64,000 bases of DNA from Candidatus Cloacimonadales bacterium (GTDB lineage: Bacteria; Cloacimonadota; Cloacimonadia; Cloacimonadales; JAIOQZ01), in the NCBI GenBank assembly GCA_963665815.1, contig OY762463.1, positions 3,072,001 through 3,136,000 of the forward strand, written 5' to 3'. Below are positions 21,801 to 30,937 of the stretch, in pieces (position 1 is the stretch's first letter; each line of letters opens with the position of its first letter). The notes under the pieces were generated by a model. The model did no database searches. It saw nothing but the letters and a program-made list of their open reading frames with translations, and was not told the origin of the DNA. The position numbers and the translations under genes were made by a program.

Positions 21801-22489
21801 CGCTGATTGGCTGCCTTTATTTGTCCCTGGCAGTTTTCGAAATAGTATTTATCTAAATTATCGATTCTCTTAACAGGGTTCTTACCACATACATCAAGAA
21901 TATTGGTTTTATAAGGAAGAGTAATCAGTGGATCCTCATCATTCTCCAGCATCTCTCGAATAATACTCTCAGGTTTTTGTAAAGAGGCAAAGATCAAACC
22001 AAGAGTATACAAGTTTGACTTCCAGTTAAGCACTCCTTTCTGCTGTTCAGGAGCCGCCCAGTCAATTGTCAGTACTTCTTTATGAGGAGTTATGTCTATT
22101 AACTTAATTGTTGGTTCATCATCAACTAGTGAAACCAGAATATGTTCCGGTTTGAAGTCACCTATAAATATATCCTTATACTTGAGAAATCTCAGAAAAT
22201 CAACTAACTTCTGCCATAGTGTTTCTGTGTACTCAGGATGTTTTTTTAGAAACACTGTTATCATTTCACCGGGGAAAAAGGCGTATTCCAGGATTGCATT
22301 TGTCTCATCTACTTTATAATCAAGTAAATCAATAATCATCGGGTGACGATACTTTTTCAGAAAATCTATTTCACTGTTTATCTGAAACAAAAGATTTGGA
22401 GTTAATGATTTCCATACTTTTATAAGCTTATTTCCGCTTTTGATTACTTCATATATTTCTGATTTCCTGATAATCTGTAAATTACTCAT
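18815..22489 (-). CDS. Sigma54 enhancer-binding protein with N-terminal Ser/Thr kinase-like domain, helical region, GAF, AAA+ and Fis-HTH
   Basis: GDFKPEHIL, WAAPEQ; ALCVPM...IGTIYI (GAF); GESGVGKE, ESELFGHKKGSFSGA, LFFDEI, FRKDLYAR, NIREL; LDISKPTFYR. Confidence 0.88.
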   Translation of the reverse strand: MSNLQIIRKSEIYEVIKSGNKLIKVWKSLTPNLLFQINSEIDFLKKYRHPMIIDLLDYKVDETNAILEYAFFPGEMITVFLKKHPEYTETLWQKLVDFLRFLKYKDIFIGDFKPEHILVSLVDDEPTIKLIDITPHKEVLTIDWAAPEQQKGVLNWKSNLYTLGLIFASLQKPESIIREMLENDEDPLITLPYKTNILDVCGKNPVKRIDNLDKYYFENCQGQIKAANQRFEYKSFVEFHQVLMDALLTVKISFRESYGIYKKYNSSGLPQRITSLRELASLKKAGQPLDFIVANESIIWNGKTLVFENNEFVLYPDREMNISEISDSIMNFKIQGLSKSIDNLVQNIDILLKVNIDDALTAARLIYRNGYFLESEKFLTNYFSKHNPKGDDYVKFWILWITIHFHHSGEFNNIFIQPESKGNKKLESFLNIINKNFSNDISGIEEMVESGHCEFEKLAYYILNNYSEDKYVYIEEALRTAVDVIDIIDLLSGYYYHRGMYDPDGWTYILTLALEFGSDYLLNKCLVRLLSVLDSSGKLYLANSITHVLSNVKPTEQTAFISANVIDMYYKQLKYGKLLDYIENYIDVIPKEDLPSALIKYLEISVSDKKLKLSQALVKLIKQQLHVIKRKYSDELDAILYSAKHFLNDERCEYLYRLLRTNSDEQIAPVSELNRLQDDFNNKEYHLLVELTKYEAQSEYIAGENSYFAGLSLIELGQKQRSSYFFSIALSVFNRLGLFNRCLELSSYLEREQSLVAKESLDYMTIISRIIHSRDLMEIQRVLSEIVYMVFDYEKVITFIYDSNIKNFTPIVNITDDYSEGMEAIHYSSQIMATYKRNLNKTFSFNTSEDNMSGSIHRLQIKNALCVPMIVGENLIGTIYIHTRQHMKPLPDQKVTHLETIASLTGIVVDKLFRQKTTMSADAQADFHGIVGQSRLMNLLKKQIVSISSIPYAVLISGESGVGKELVARALYEEGSQKGELIIINSTTIPRELFESELFGHKKGSFSGAHEDKKGFIEAAENGTLFFDEIGELPLELQPKLLRLLQERTFTSVGDTRVKTTNTRFVFATNRNLEDEVRSGRFRKDLYARIRQFQINVPPLREHTEDIPVLVDHFTGKFIKTNPSIEVSRIPREQVTQWQHQEWSMNIRELEYAVYRALLQPELVNTLKSEKFVVKLDYKWDSKDIVGEYAVWLKNQLGSIEDVMKFLDISKPTFYRITKNYINN

Positions 22490-22524
22490 AACATAAACAT
22501 CCTTTAAAAAATTTACACTCTAAT

Positions 22525-22634
22525 TATCAAAACTGAGACTGCAATGTCAAGCAAGTATTAGCTCTATTTATTTATTTTTCAGCAAATTAAAAATCGGCTG
22601 TGCATAAGTATTAGTTATTGTATCATATTTGAGA
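22525..22634. promoter_or_regulatory. Two TATCA-N4-TGAGA boxes (22525-22538, 22621-22634); candidate enhancer/operator sites
   Basis: Identical half-sites, imperfect dyad; the first lies in the spacer of a minus-strand TTGACA(22550-22545)/GATAAT promoter. Confidence 0.4.
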
Positions 22635-22732
22635 ATGAACTTTTCATGTGTATCTTCTTAATATATGAAATTCCAGTATATTATGTTTAAAATTCATGAT
22701 TGAAAATACTTTGCTATATTAAACACTTTGTT

Positions 22733-22748
22733 TGTCATTATTATTGCA
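22733..22748 (+). promoter_or_regulatory. Near-consensus sigma54 -24/-12 element upstream of flhF
   Basis: TGTCAT-tatta-TTGCA; correct spacing but GT in place of the conserved GG. Confidence 0.3.
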
Positions 22749-22909
22749 AGAGAGCTATGTAGAAGAACAAAAGCAGCAAGTTTTATCAATAATGACGGGA
22801 TCATTTCTCGAGTAATATTCCTGTTTAATGGGATCATCACAAAAAAAGCTGGACACTGAACATGTAATCCTCTCTCATTGATTGTAATACAAATTCTGAA
22901 GGATTTCGG

Positions 22910-24046
22910 ATGAAAATTAAGAAATTCAATGCGCAAACTGAGCACGAAGCATTTCAGCAGATAAAGGAAGAATTCGGTGAAGATGCTCTCATATTGAACT
23001 CAAAACGGATTAAAGATCCGGACACCGGTAAAAAGACTTATGAAGTAACTGCTGCAATCGATAAAAAAGAGAAAGAAACAGCTCTCCCGAAGCAGACTTT
23101 CAAACAGGTTGTACAGGCAGTACCTAAAGCAGGTATTCAGTCTGTTAACAATCAGCAATACAAAATACTTCACAAGGAAATAGATTATATTTCCGAACGG
23201 ATCGAACTACTTGTTAACCATTTCAAGTATGAAAATCTGCCTCATATTCCAAAACTTTTACAGCAGCAGGTTAAACACCTGATTAAATCAGGAGTATCAC
23301 CATCTCTTGCCAACACTATGGCTGAAGAACTTGTTCTTCACCTAAAGGGAGAAGAGTTGTTGAGTATAGATATAATAAACAATAAGCTGCACCAGAAAAT
23401 CAAAAGCAGATTATCTGTTACCGGGCCTGTAAGATTTAACAAGAGCACTCCTACAACCGTGATGTTCATAGGACCTGCAGGTTGCGGTAAATCAACAACA
23501 ATAGCCAAATTTGCTGCAATGTATAAATATACATATTCGAAGAAAGTGGCAATCATATCAATTGACAGTTACAGAATAGCGGCAATGGAACAAATTAAGG
23601 CTTTTGCTCAAATAGCTAAAATAAGATTTGAACCGGCTTATGATAATGAAGAAATGATTGCAAAAACAAAAGCACTCTCAGACTTCGATCTGATCATTAT
23701 CGATTCTCCGGGAGTAAATACAAAAAACGTTAAAAATATGATACACCTGAAGGAAAGTGCAAGAGTTGCAAAAACTGATGAGATAGTACTCGTTTTAAGT
23801 ATGACAACTAAGATATCTGACCTTAAAGACTATTTAAAGGGATTTGGAATAATGAATTATGCCAGCATTATACTCACGAAACTCGATGATACATCAAGTT
23901 GCGGAGAAATTCTGAACCTTGTAAACGATTTTGAAAAACCTGTATCCTATATATGTTTCGGTCAGAATATACCGGAAGATATTGCAATTGCAGACCGAAA
24001 CGAACTGGCTAGTATTATTCTCAGAGGTAAATATGGAATTTCATAA
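22910..24046 (+). CDS. flhF: Flagellar SRP-family GTPase FlhF
   Basis: N-terminal MKIKKF...FGEDALIL; GPAGCGKSTT, DSYRIAA, TKLDD, GQNIPED. Confidence 0.93.
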   Translation: MKIKKFNAQTEHEAFQQIKEEFGEDALILNSKRIKDPDTGKKTYEVTAAIDKKEKETALPKQTFKQVVQAVPKAGIQSVNNQQYKILHKEIDYISERIELLVNHFKYENLPHIPKLLQQQVKHLIKSGVSPSLANTMAEELVLHLKGEELLSIDIINNKLHQKIKSRLSVTGPVRFNKSTPTTVMFIGPAGCGKSTTIAKFAAMYKYTYSKKVAIISIDSYRIAAMEQIKAFAQIAKIRFEPAYDNEEMIAKTKALSDFDLIIIDSPGVNTKNVKNMIHLKESARVAKTDEIVLVLSMTTKISDLKDYLKGFGIMNYASIILTKLDDTSSCGEILNLVNDFEKPVSYICFGQNIPEDIAIADRNELASIILRGKYGIS

Positions 24047-24842
24047 TGAAGAAACTAAAATCAGAAATATAAACAGGAAATCAAGCAGTAAAACCAGATA
24101 TGCCAAGATGATCGCCATCACCAGCGGCAAGGGTGGTGTAGGAAAAAGTAACTTTATTCTAAATTTAGCAATATCTATGTCGATAAGAAATAAAAAGGTG
24201 CTTCTGATTGATGCAGACATGAACCTGTCTAATCTGGATATTCTTCTTGGACTGTATCCTCAGCACACACTTTCTGATCTTTTGAATGATGAGATAACAG
24301 TGGATAATCTGCTTGTTGAAGGTCCTAAAGGCGTCAAAATACTTCCTGCAGCATCAGGAGATATCAGAGTTATGCAGAACTCAAGTAAACTGCAGAAAGC
24401 TCTTATTCAGGTATACAAGGAGTTGCGAAAAGATTTTGATTTCATACTGATAGACACAGGAGCCGGAATCAGTGAGAACACAATGGAATTTGTTTATACT
24501 GCTGATAAAATTGTGATAATCACGACTCCTGAACCAACAGCTATTACAGATGCCTATGCTATGATGAAAATGCTCTTTTACCATATGAGAGCTCCGGACA
24601 TGTCTGTTGTGATAAACATGGCACACACAGATAACGAGGCTGAGAATATTTTTAAAAAAATTAGTCAAATTTTACAGCATTTTCTGAATAAACAAGTAAA
24701 TTATCTTGGGAACGTGCTTTATGATAAGCATCTCCCTGAGTCGGTTAAGGAACAGATACCTTTGATTTTGAAACATCCGAGGTCTTCTGCTTCAGCAAAT
24801 ATACATAATATTGCTATAAAGATTATGAAACAGTATAAGTAA
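24033..24842 (+). CDS. flhG: Flagellar number regulator FlhG/FleN (MinD-like ATPase)
   Basis: RBS GAGGT before ATG 24033; TSGKGGVGKS, DTGAG, TTPEPTAITDAY; follows flhF. Confidence 0.92.
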   Translation: MEFHNEETKIRNINRKSSSKTRYAKMIAITSGKGGVGKSNFILNLAISMSIRNKKVLLIDADMNLSNLDILLGLYPQHTLSDLLNDEITVDNLLVEGPKGVKILPAASGDIRVMQNSSKLQKALIQVYKELRKDFDFILIDTGAGISENTMEFVYTADKIVIITTPEPTAITDAYAMMKMLFYHMRAPDMSVVINMAHTDNEAENIFKKISQILQHFLNKQVNYLGNVLYDKHLPESVKEQIPLILKHPRSSASANIHNIAIKIMKQYK

Positions 24843-24857
24843 AAATTCGGAGTTTTA

Positions 24858-25142
24858 ATGATTGCTCGCATAAGGTTGAAAGCTTTTATTAACGCAGTAT
24901 CACTACTGATGTTTTTTGTAACGTTTTTTACCAATTACTTTATGTACGGAGCAATGCTTATGGAAGCATTCATAAGAGGTGTTGTGAGTTTTTTTGTGGC
25001 TTTTGTTATAATTCATCTATTACTGTTTGTCTGGAAATTCGCTTTCAGTCCGGGGGAATGGAAACTTATCGTTGATGGTGAACCTGAGATTATTAAGGAA
25101 GAGATTTCCGAAGAGGAAGAAGAAGCTGTAGAAGGAGCTTAA
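24858..25142 (+). CDS. Small two-TM membrane protein with acidic tail, last gene of flhFG unit
   Basis: RBS GGAG; two hydrophobic segments; EEISEEEEE tail. Confidence 0.7.
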   Translation: MIARIRLKAFINAVSLLMFFVTFFTNYFMYGAMLMEAFIRGVVSFFVAFVIIHLLLFVWKFAFSPGEWKLIVDGEPEIIKEEISEEEEEAVEGA

Positions 25143-26999
25143 TTAATCCGATTCTTTTGAAAACATCAATTTAAACAGACTATCAGAAAGCGTATTGATT
25201 GAAAAAGGTTTGCTTATAAATTCAATGTCATTTTCAAGAACTTTTTTCAATGTAGCATGTTCTCGAGAATACCCCGATGTAAATATGACTTTCAGATCCG
25301 GAATCTGCATAAGTAATCTGTCCGCAAGTACTCTACCATTTTCCTCGGGAAGAATTACATCTGTGAGAAGTATATCTATTTTGCACTGTGGATTTTCAAT
25401 AATAACATCAACTTCACTGATATCCGCAGCTGCCAGAACATTGTAATTCAGATCTATCAGCATCTGAGTAATTAATTCCCTTACGAAACTGTCATCTTCT
25501 ACAACCAGAACAGTTTCTTTTCTACCATAATGCATTTCTTCGATTTCTGTCTTGTTTATTTTGATAACTTTTTTGGATACAGGCCATAATATCTTAAATG
25601 TTGTTCCATGATTTATCTCACTGTAACAAGTCACAAAACCTTTATTCTGCTTAACAATACCATAGATTGTTGCCAAACCGAGACCGGTACCTCTGCCAAC
25701 TTCCTTTGTTGTAAAAAATGGTTCAAAGATTCTATCCTTGACTTCTTTACTCATCCCCATACCGGTATCACTGACTGTAATCAAGATGAATTCATCTGAT
25801 TCGCATCCATCAAATTCTTTAACAAAACTGTTACTGAGAGAAATACTGTCTGTCTCAATTAGAATTCTTTTCACTGCATCTGACTTATTTTCGTTGATTG
25901 CATCTTTTGCGTTAATCACCAGATTCATAAGAATCTGCTCAATCTGTCCTACATCTGCATCAATATTATTCAGATTCTTGCTTAACTTTAATTCAAGACG
26001 AATATCTTCAGGAATCAATCTCCTTAACATCGTAAATGAGACATCAATAAGCTCATTAATGTTAATTGTTTCCGGCTTTATCAGCTCTTGTCGGCTGAAA
26101 GCAAGAAGCTGCCTGGTCATTTGTGAGGCTCTGATTCCTGCCTCGTGTATCTGTCTCATATAATTAGAATCTCGTTTATTCAACATACTTGTTAATAAAA
26201 GCTCAGAATAACCGTTAATAACCGTAAGAATATTGTTAAAATCGTGAGCAATTCCCCCCGCAAGTCGTCCTATAGCTTCCATTTTCTGGGACTGACGAAG
26301 AGCTTTTTCTGTTTTCTTGTATTGTGTCACATCTTCAATAATACCGTCAATCACTTCACCATCTGATGAATAACTGAAACTGGCGGTTACATGCGCACAG
26401 ATTGTTGAACCATCTTTTTTTCTTAAAGAAAGCTCTTCTCTATATACCCTTCTATCTGAATATATTTTCCTGATAAATCCAATTCTTTTATCTTTATCTT
26501 GATAAATATCACTAACCGACACTTTCAGAAGTTCTTCTTTGGAGTCATATCCGAGGATTTCTACAAGCGAAGTGTTTACCATGATAAATCTTCCGTTTTC
26601 AGCAGGTAAATTCCTGTAGAGCCCTATGGGAAGATTTTCTGAAAGTCTGTCATACTGTCTCTCGAGCCTGAGCACTTTAGTCTGAGTTGTTCGTTTTTCT
26701 TTGAATTCAGCAAGATATTTACGACTGATTCTTCTGATATAATAAACACAGATACTCAACAATGCTACACAGATAATAATTACTGACATCAAGATAATAA
26801 CTGTAGTACTGATTTGCTCGGAATTGCTGTTGACAGAAGAGCTTATAGACTGATTCTTCTGAGAAGAACTATCTGATTCGTAAGTAGAATTTTGCGCAAT
26901 ATTATCGTTCGTCAGCATAGGCGTATTCGCTTGAACAAGATCTGTGCTGAAGCATAATAATGCTGACAGTAATATTAAGGTTGCAAAAATATATTTCAT
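25143..26999 (-). CDS. Membrane hybrid kinase TM-PAS-HisKA-HATPase-REC
   Basis: Probable start MKYIF (26999); [37 protein letters not shown]. Confidence 0.9.
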   Translation of the reverse strand: MKYIFATLILLSALLCFSTDLVQANTPMLTNDNIAQNSTYESDSSSQKNQSISSSVNSNSEQISTTVIILMSVIIICVALLSICVYYIRRISRKYLAEFKEKRTTQTKVLRLERQYDRLSENLPIGLYRNLPAENGRFIMVNTSLVEILGYDSKEELLKVSVSDIYQDKDKRIGFIRKIYSDRRVYREELSLRKKDGSTICAHVTASFSYSSDGEVIDGIIEDVTQYKKTEKALRQSQKMEAIGRLAGGIAHDFNNILTVINGYSELLLTSMLNKRDSNYMRQIHEAGIRASQMTRQLLAFSRQELIKPETININELIDVSFTMLRRLIPEDIRLELKLSKNLNNIDADVGQIEQILMNLVINAKDAINENKSDAVKRILIETDSISLSNSFVKEFDGCESDEFILITVSDTGMGMSKEVKDRIFEPFFTTKEVGRGTGLGLATIYGIVKQNKGFVTCYSEINHGTTFKILWPVSKKVIKINKTEIEEMHYGRKETVLVVEDDSFVRELITQMLIDLNYNVLAAADISEVDVIIENPQCKIDILLTDVILPEENGRVLADRLLMQIPDLKVIFTSGYSREHATLKKVLENDIEFISKPFSINTLSDSLFKLMFSKESD

Positions 27000-27312
27000 A
27001 TCAAACTCATTTTGACAAAAAGTGGACATTAGCAGTACATAATGTCAAGAAATTTATATTTCTGCTGTATTTTTTTTGATAAACTAACTTTGTCTTACAT
27101 GTTGTTTTAGCCTCATTGAGAAGTAATTCTCTCATTTTCATGTTAATTCATTGAAAAGTTTAGTAATTTATTTTTTAACAAAAATAGCAATTCTTGATCA
27201 TAAAAAATGTAAAATTCTAAGGGTTGAGGTTTAAAAGGCTGATGAGTTTATCAACAGCCAGATGTATTTGTAAAACTCAGTTTAATATTTCAGAGTTACT
27301 GTAATTTCCGTT

Positions 27313-27768
27313 TTATAACTCTCTTAATTTTCTTGCAGGATTTCCGGCATAGATACCCGGTTGTGTAATATCTTTTGTAACTACAGCTCCGGCTCCTATT
27401 ACTGTATTTTCGCATATTGTTACTGGAAGTATTGTTGCATTCGAACCGATAGATACATTGTTGCCAATGTTAGTTGCTGCCCACAAATCAGGGCTGCCGT
27501 GAGCTGGAGCTCCTTCTTTGAACAGATCATTGATAAACATTACACCATGCCCAATGAAACATTTTTCACCAATTGAAACAAATTCACAAATGAATGAATG
27601 AGATTGTACTCTGGTTTCAGCACCAATTTTAACATTTTTCTGAATCTCTACAAAAGGTCCGATAAAAACATCATTTCCAATTGTGCATCCGTACATATTT
27701 ACCGGTTCAACTATTGTAACATTATTCCCCAAAGTTACATCTTTAATACCAACACTAAGCTTTCTCAT
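27313..27768 (-). CDS. Hexapeptide-repeat sugar N-acetyltransferase (FdtC/WbpD-like)
   Basis: Left-handed beta-helix repeats, QSHSFICE, FIGHGVMFIND, AGNPAR. Confidence 0.85.
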   Translation of the reverse strand: MRKLSVGIKDVTLGNNVTIVEPVNMYGCTIGNDVFIGPFVEIQKNVKIGAETRVQSHSFICEFVSIGEKCFIGHGVMFINDLFKEGAPAHGSPDLWAATNIGNNVSIGSNATILPVTICENTVIGAGAVVTKDITQPGIYAGNPARKLREL

Positions 27769-27776
27769 AATTCCTC

Positions 27777-27800
27777 AAAAAAAGGGCTGCAAGGCAGCCC
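27777..27800 (-). terminator. Intra-operon intrinsic terminator
   Basis: Minus strand GGGCTGC-ctt-GCAGCCC-TTTTTTT. Confidence 0.75.
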
Positions 27801-27808
27801 GTATTTAT

Positions 27809-28213
27809 TTATTCTTTTATTTCAAATTTATATTGATCTGGACCGGAATGATCGTGAACATGATCTCCATATGCAAGCAGCACAGCTTCCGAATCACCTA
27901 TATTGATGAAAGTGTGGGCGTATTGAGGTAAAACTTTTACCCTTTCCAGTTCATCCCCATCACTATCAAGTATATATTCTGTAATCTGATCGCTTTCAAT
28001 ATGCTGTACCAGCACTTTCAGACGACCTTTCATTACACAGAATATCTCAGTTTTATCGTTATGATAATGATTTCCTCTTACATCCCCGGGACCGATAGTA
28101 GATGCATAAACCTGTCCTTTAAAGTTAAGTATATTTTCATCTTCTCTCAGAAATTCAATCAGGAAACCTCTTTCATCCCCATGCTTAGGAATTGGTTGCA
28201 TGATGTTTCTCAT
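27809..28213 (-). CDS. Cupin-fold nucleotide-sugar isomerase/epimerase (WxcM/FdtA or CapF-cupin-like)
   Basis: DERGFL, RGNHYH...E, AHTF cupin motifs; coupled to rfbB. Confidence 0.72.
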   Translation of the reverse strand: MRNIMQPIPKHGDERGFLIEFLREDENILNFKGQVYASTIGPGDVRGNHYHNDKTEIFCVMKGRLKVLVQHIESDQITEYILDSDGDELERVKVLPQYAHTFINIGDSEAVLLAYGDHVHDHSGPDQYKFEIKE

Positions 28214-29117
28214 AGAATTTTATAATTTCTTTAAGACCTTCTTCAAACTTGTGCGAAGCTTTCCAGTTAATATGCTCTTCAATTTTGTTTGTAGAAATAG
28301 CGTATCTGAGGTCCTGCCCCCATCTGTTTGGAACAAACTTCAAATTAGGTTCTTTACCCATAGCTTTGTAAATCATTGTTATGATTTCAAGATTTGTGTA
28401 TTGTTCACCTGAGCAAATATTATAGATTTCATTTCTCTTTTGGCTCTTAACAATACTGAGGATTGCATCAGCGTGATCTTTTGCATGTACCCAGGATCTG
28501 ACATAAGATCCATCTCCGTGGATTGTCATTGGTCTGTCATGCATAACACTCATAATTGTTTTGGGAACCAGCTTTTCAGGATATTGTCTTGTGCCGTAGT
28601 TGTTACTGCATCGAGTAATTATTGAGTTGATTCCATAAGTTCTGTTATAAGCAAAAACAAATTGCTCAGCAGCCGCTTTTGTAGAGGAATATGGGTTTGA
28701 TGGTTTAAGTACATCAGATTCCGTAAATTCACCTTCCAGAGTATCTCCGTAAACTTCATCTGTACTTACCTGAACAAACAGAGGTCGATCAAAATCAGCC
28801 TTTACTCTAATTCTTTCAAGAAGATTATGTGCTCCCTGAACATTTGAGCGGAAGAATATATCACTATTCTCAATTGAGTTATCAACAAAACTTTCAGCTG
28901 CGAAATTGACAAGAACATCACACTTGGGTAGATTGGATATATCGCAGATATCCTGTTTCCAGAAATTATAGTTTTTGTGATTTTCAAAACCAATATTTTC
29001 CCAGGATACGTAAGTCATTTTATCAATGTTAAGTACAGTGTATCCTTCGTTCAACAGTCTTTCAATAAAATGGCTTCCAATAAAACCACATCCACCTGTA
29101 ACAATAAAATCATACAT
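28185..29117 (-). CDS. rfbB: dTDP-glucose 4,6-dehydratase
   Basis: GGCGFIGS, FAAESFVDNS, STDEVYG, PYSSTK, RCSNNYG, DLRYA. Confidence 0.9.
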   Translation of the reverse strand: MYDFIVTGGCGFIGSHFIERLLNEGYTVLNIDKMTYVSWENIGFENHKNYNFWKQDICDISNLPKCDVLVNFAAESFVDNSIENSDIFFRSNVQGAHNLLERIRVKADFDRPLFVQVSTDEVYGDTLEGEFTESDVLKPSNPYSSTKAAAEQFVFAYNRTYGINSIITRCSNNYGTRQYPEKLVPKTIMSVMHDRPMTIHGDGSYVRSWVHAKDHADAILSIVKSQKRNEIYNICSGEQYTNLEIITMIYKAMGKEPNLKFVPNRWGQDLRYAISTNKIEEHINWKASHKFEEGLKEIIKFYEKHHATNS

Positions 29118-29153
29118 TTCTTACTCCATATATTTACATTATTTTAATTTTTA

Positions 29154-30572
29154 TTAATATGCTCCATCTCCGAAAATCATAACCGGTATGGTTTTCAGTA
29201 TCAGTTTAATATCTGACCAGAGCGATATATTGTTAATATAATAATAGTCCATAACTATCATTTCTTCAAAAGACACTTGAGATCTGCCGCTAACCTGCCA
29301 TACTCCTGTACACCCTGGTTTTACCAGAAATCTTGTTTTATGCCAGTCCTTAAACATTTTATACTCATAGGGAAGTGATGGTCGTGGTCCGACCAGACTC
29401 ATATCACCTTTGAGAACATTAAACAACTGAGGTAACTCGTCCAAACTGGTTTTTCTGATAAATCCACCAATTGGAGTAACCCGGGGATCATCAACAATTT
29501 TCTTCACTTTAGAATCATCTGTTCCATTTATAAACTCAGAAATGAATTTTTGATGTCTTGAACTATCATTATCAACATACATTGATCTGAACTTATAGAA
29601 TGTAAACTCTTTACCATCTTTTCCAACCCGATTCTGACTGAACAGAATAGGTCCCTTTGATGTAAATTTTATTATCATACTTATTGTAAGGAATATTGGA
29701 GACAAAATTAATAGTCCAATAAATGATAAAATTATATCCAGAAATCTTTTAACATAGCGGTAATAATAGCTTGTCGGGCTATAATTCAAACTGATAAGAG
29801 GTAATCCGTTAAATACTTCAATCGGCTGATACTGGTGAAGAACCTCATATAAGTCGGAGATAACAAATGTTCTGATACCAATTAACTGAAAATAACTTAT
29901 AATATCCATAAGTCGATCATGTTCAACATCATCTAAAGCAATAATGATATTGTCAATTCTGACCTTCTTCTGAATTTTCTTGATATCGTTAAGATCTCCA
30001 AGAACTTTATTTTCATCTTTTAAATTTACAGAATCACTAACAAAACCGAGAAAATCCCATCGATTCCCACCTGTTATAGATTCGTAAACTTCCTTTGCTT
30101 TATTTCCACATCCATAAACGGCTACGTTCCTACGGTAAATTCCGATTTTCTCAATGTGTTTGAAAATATTTGAGAAAACAAAAATTCTATATACAATGAA
30201 AGCAAAATAAGTCAAGAAAATGAAATAAACCATAAACAAACGACTTTCCAGCAAATTACTAATATTACTTGCGTAGATTCCTATTACAAGAAACACAAAC
30301 AAATTACTGAAAATACTTTTTGATATTTTCAGGAAATGCCGTTTGTTATTAGTAAATATATGATAGTTATACATTTGATTATGGTCAAAAACCAAAAGCA
30401 TAAACACACTTAGAGCTGCGAAAATTAAAATTTCATTAATGACTTTAAGGTTGCTTATATCAATAACATTTATATAAGGTCGAAATCTCAGCCTTAGTCC
30501 GACTGCAAAACAAACTATCATTGTTAACCAGTCCATAAAGGCTAAGAAAATTTTGTATCTTGGTGTTTTCAT
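29154..30572 (-). CDS. Undecaprenyl-phosphate sugar phosphotransferase (WcaJ/WbaP family)
   Basis: 4 TMs, CoA-binding-like domain, KFRSM, DELPQLFNVLKGDMSLVGPRP, KPGCTGVWQVSGR. Confidence 0.92.
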   Translation of the reverse strand: MKTPRYKIFLAFMDWLTMIVCFAVGLRLRFRPYINVIDISNLKVINEILIFAALSVFMLLVFDHNQMYNYHIFTNNKRHFLKISKSIFSNLFVFLVIGIYASNISNLLESRLFMVYFIFLTYFAFIVYRIFVFSNIFKHIEKIGIYRRNVAVYGCGNKAKEVYESITGGNRWDFLGFVSDSVNLKDENKVLGDLNDIKKIQKKVRIDNIIIALDDVEHDRLMDIISYFQLIGIRTFVISDLYEVLHQYQPIEVFNGLPLISLNYSPTSYYYRYVKRFLDIILSFIGLLILSPIFLTISMIIKFTSKGPILFSQNRVGKDGKEFTFYKFRSMYVDNDSSRHQKFISEFINGTDDSKVKKIVDDPRVTPIGGFIRKTSLDELPQLFNVLKGDMSLVGPRPSLPYEYKMFKDWHKTRFLVKPGCTGVWQVSGRSQVSFEEMIVMDYYYINNISLWSDIKLILKTIPVMIFGDGAY

Positions 30573-30937
30573 GAATTAAAGACCTGAAACTTTTTTTTAA
30601 CGATTCATAACTGAATATATAATTATTTTTGTCAAGATATGAATACTATCATAATTATTCTTTACATTGTAAAATACAGAATATCAAATCCCTAATTTCA
30701 CCTATGCTATTATTTAAATTGTTCAACCGTTACAGATACTTGAATACATTTAACTTATACATATAGAAATAGATCATTTTGCATCAATACAAATAATAAG
30801 GTTTACAAAATATCAATATGGAATACATACTATGTATTTACGATGAATAATAAATTCGCTACTAATAAAACTAATGTTTTTATTTGATTACTTGACACAA
30901 AAAAAGTACTGATTATTTTAAATTAAAAAAAATCAGG

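Noticed and set aside
22850-22867. Sigma54 promoter TGGACAC... closer to flhF
   Set aside because: No GC at the required GG-N10-GC spacing
22694-22945. 83-aa minus-strand ORF in the flhF leader
   Set aside because: Overlaps the flhF start, no RBS or motif
23931-24032. ORF-track N-terminal extension of flhG
   Set aside because: Overlaps flhF by over 100 bp; RBS supports ATG 24033
27237-27290. Hammerhead ribozyme (CTGATGAG)
   Set aside because: No stem II followed by GAAA; more likely a simple GGCTG/CAGCC hairpin after the sugar operon
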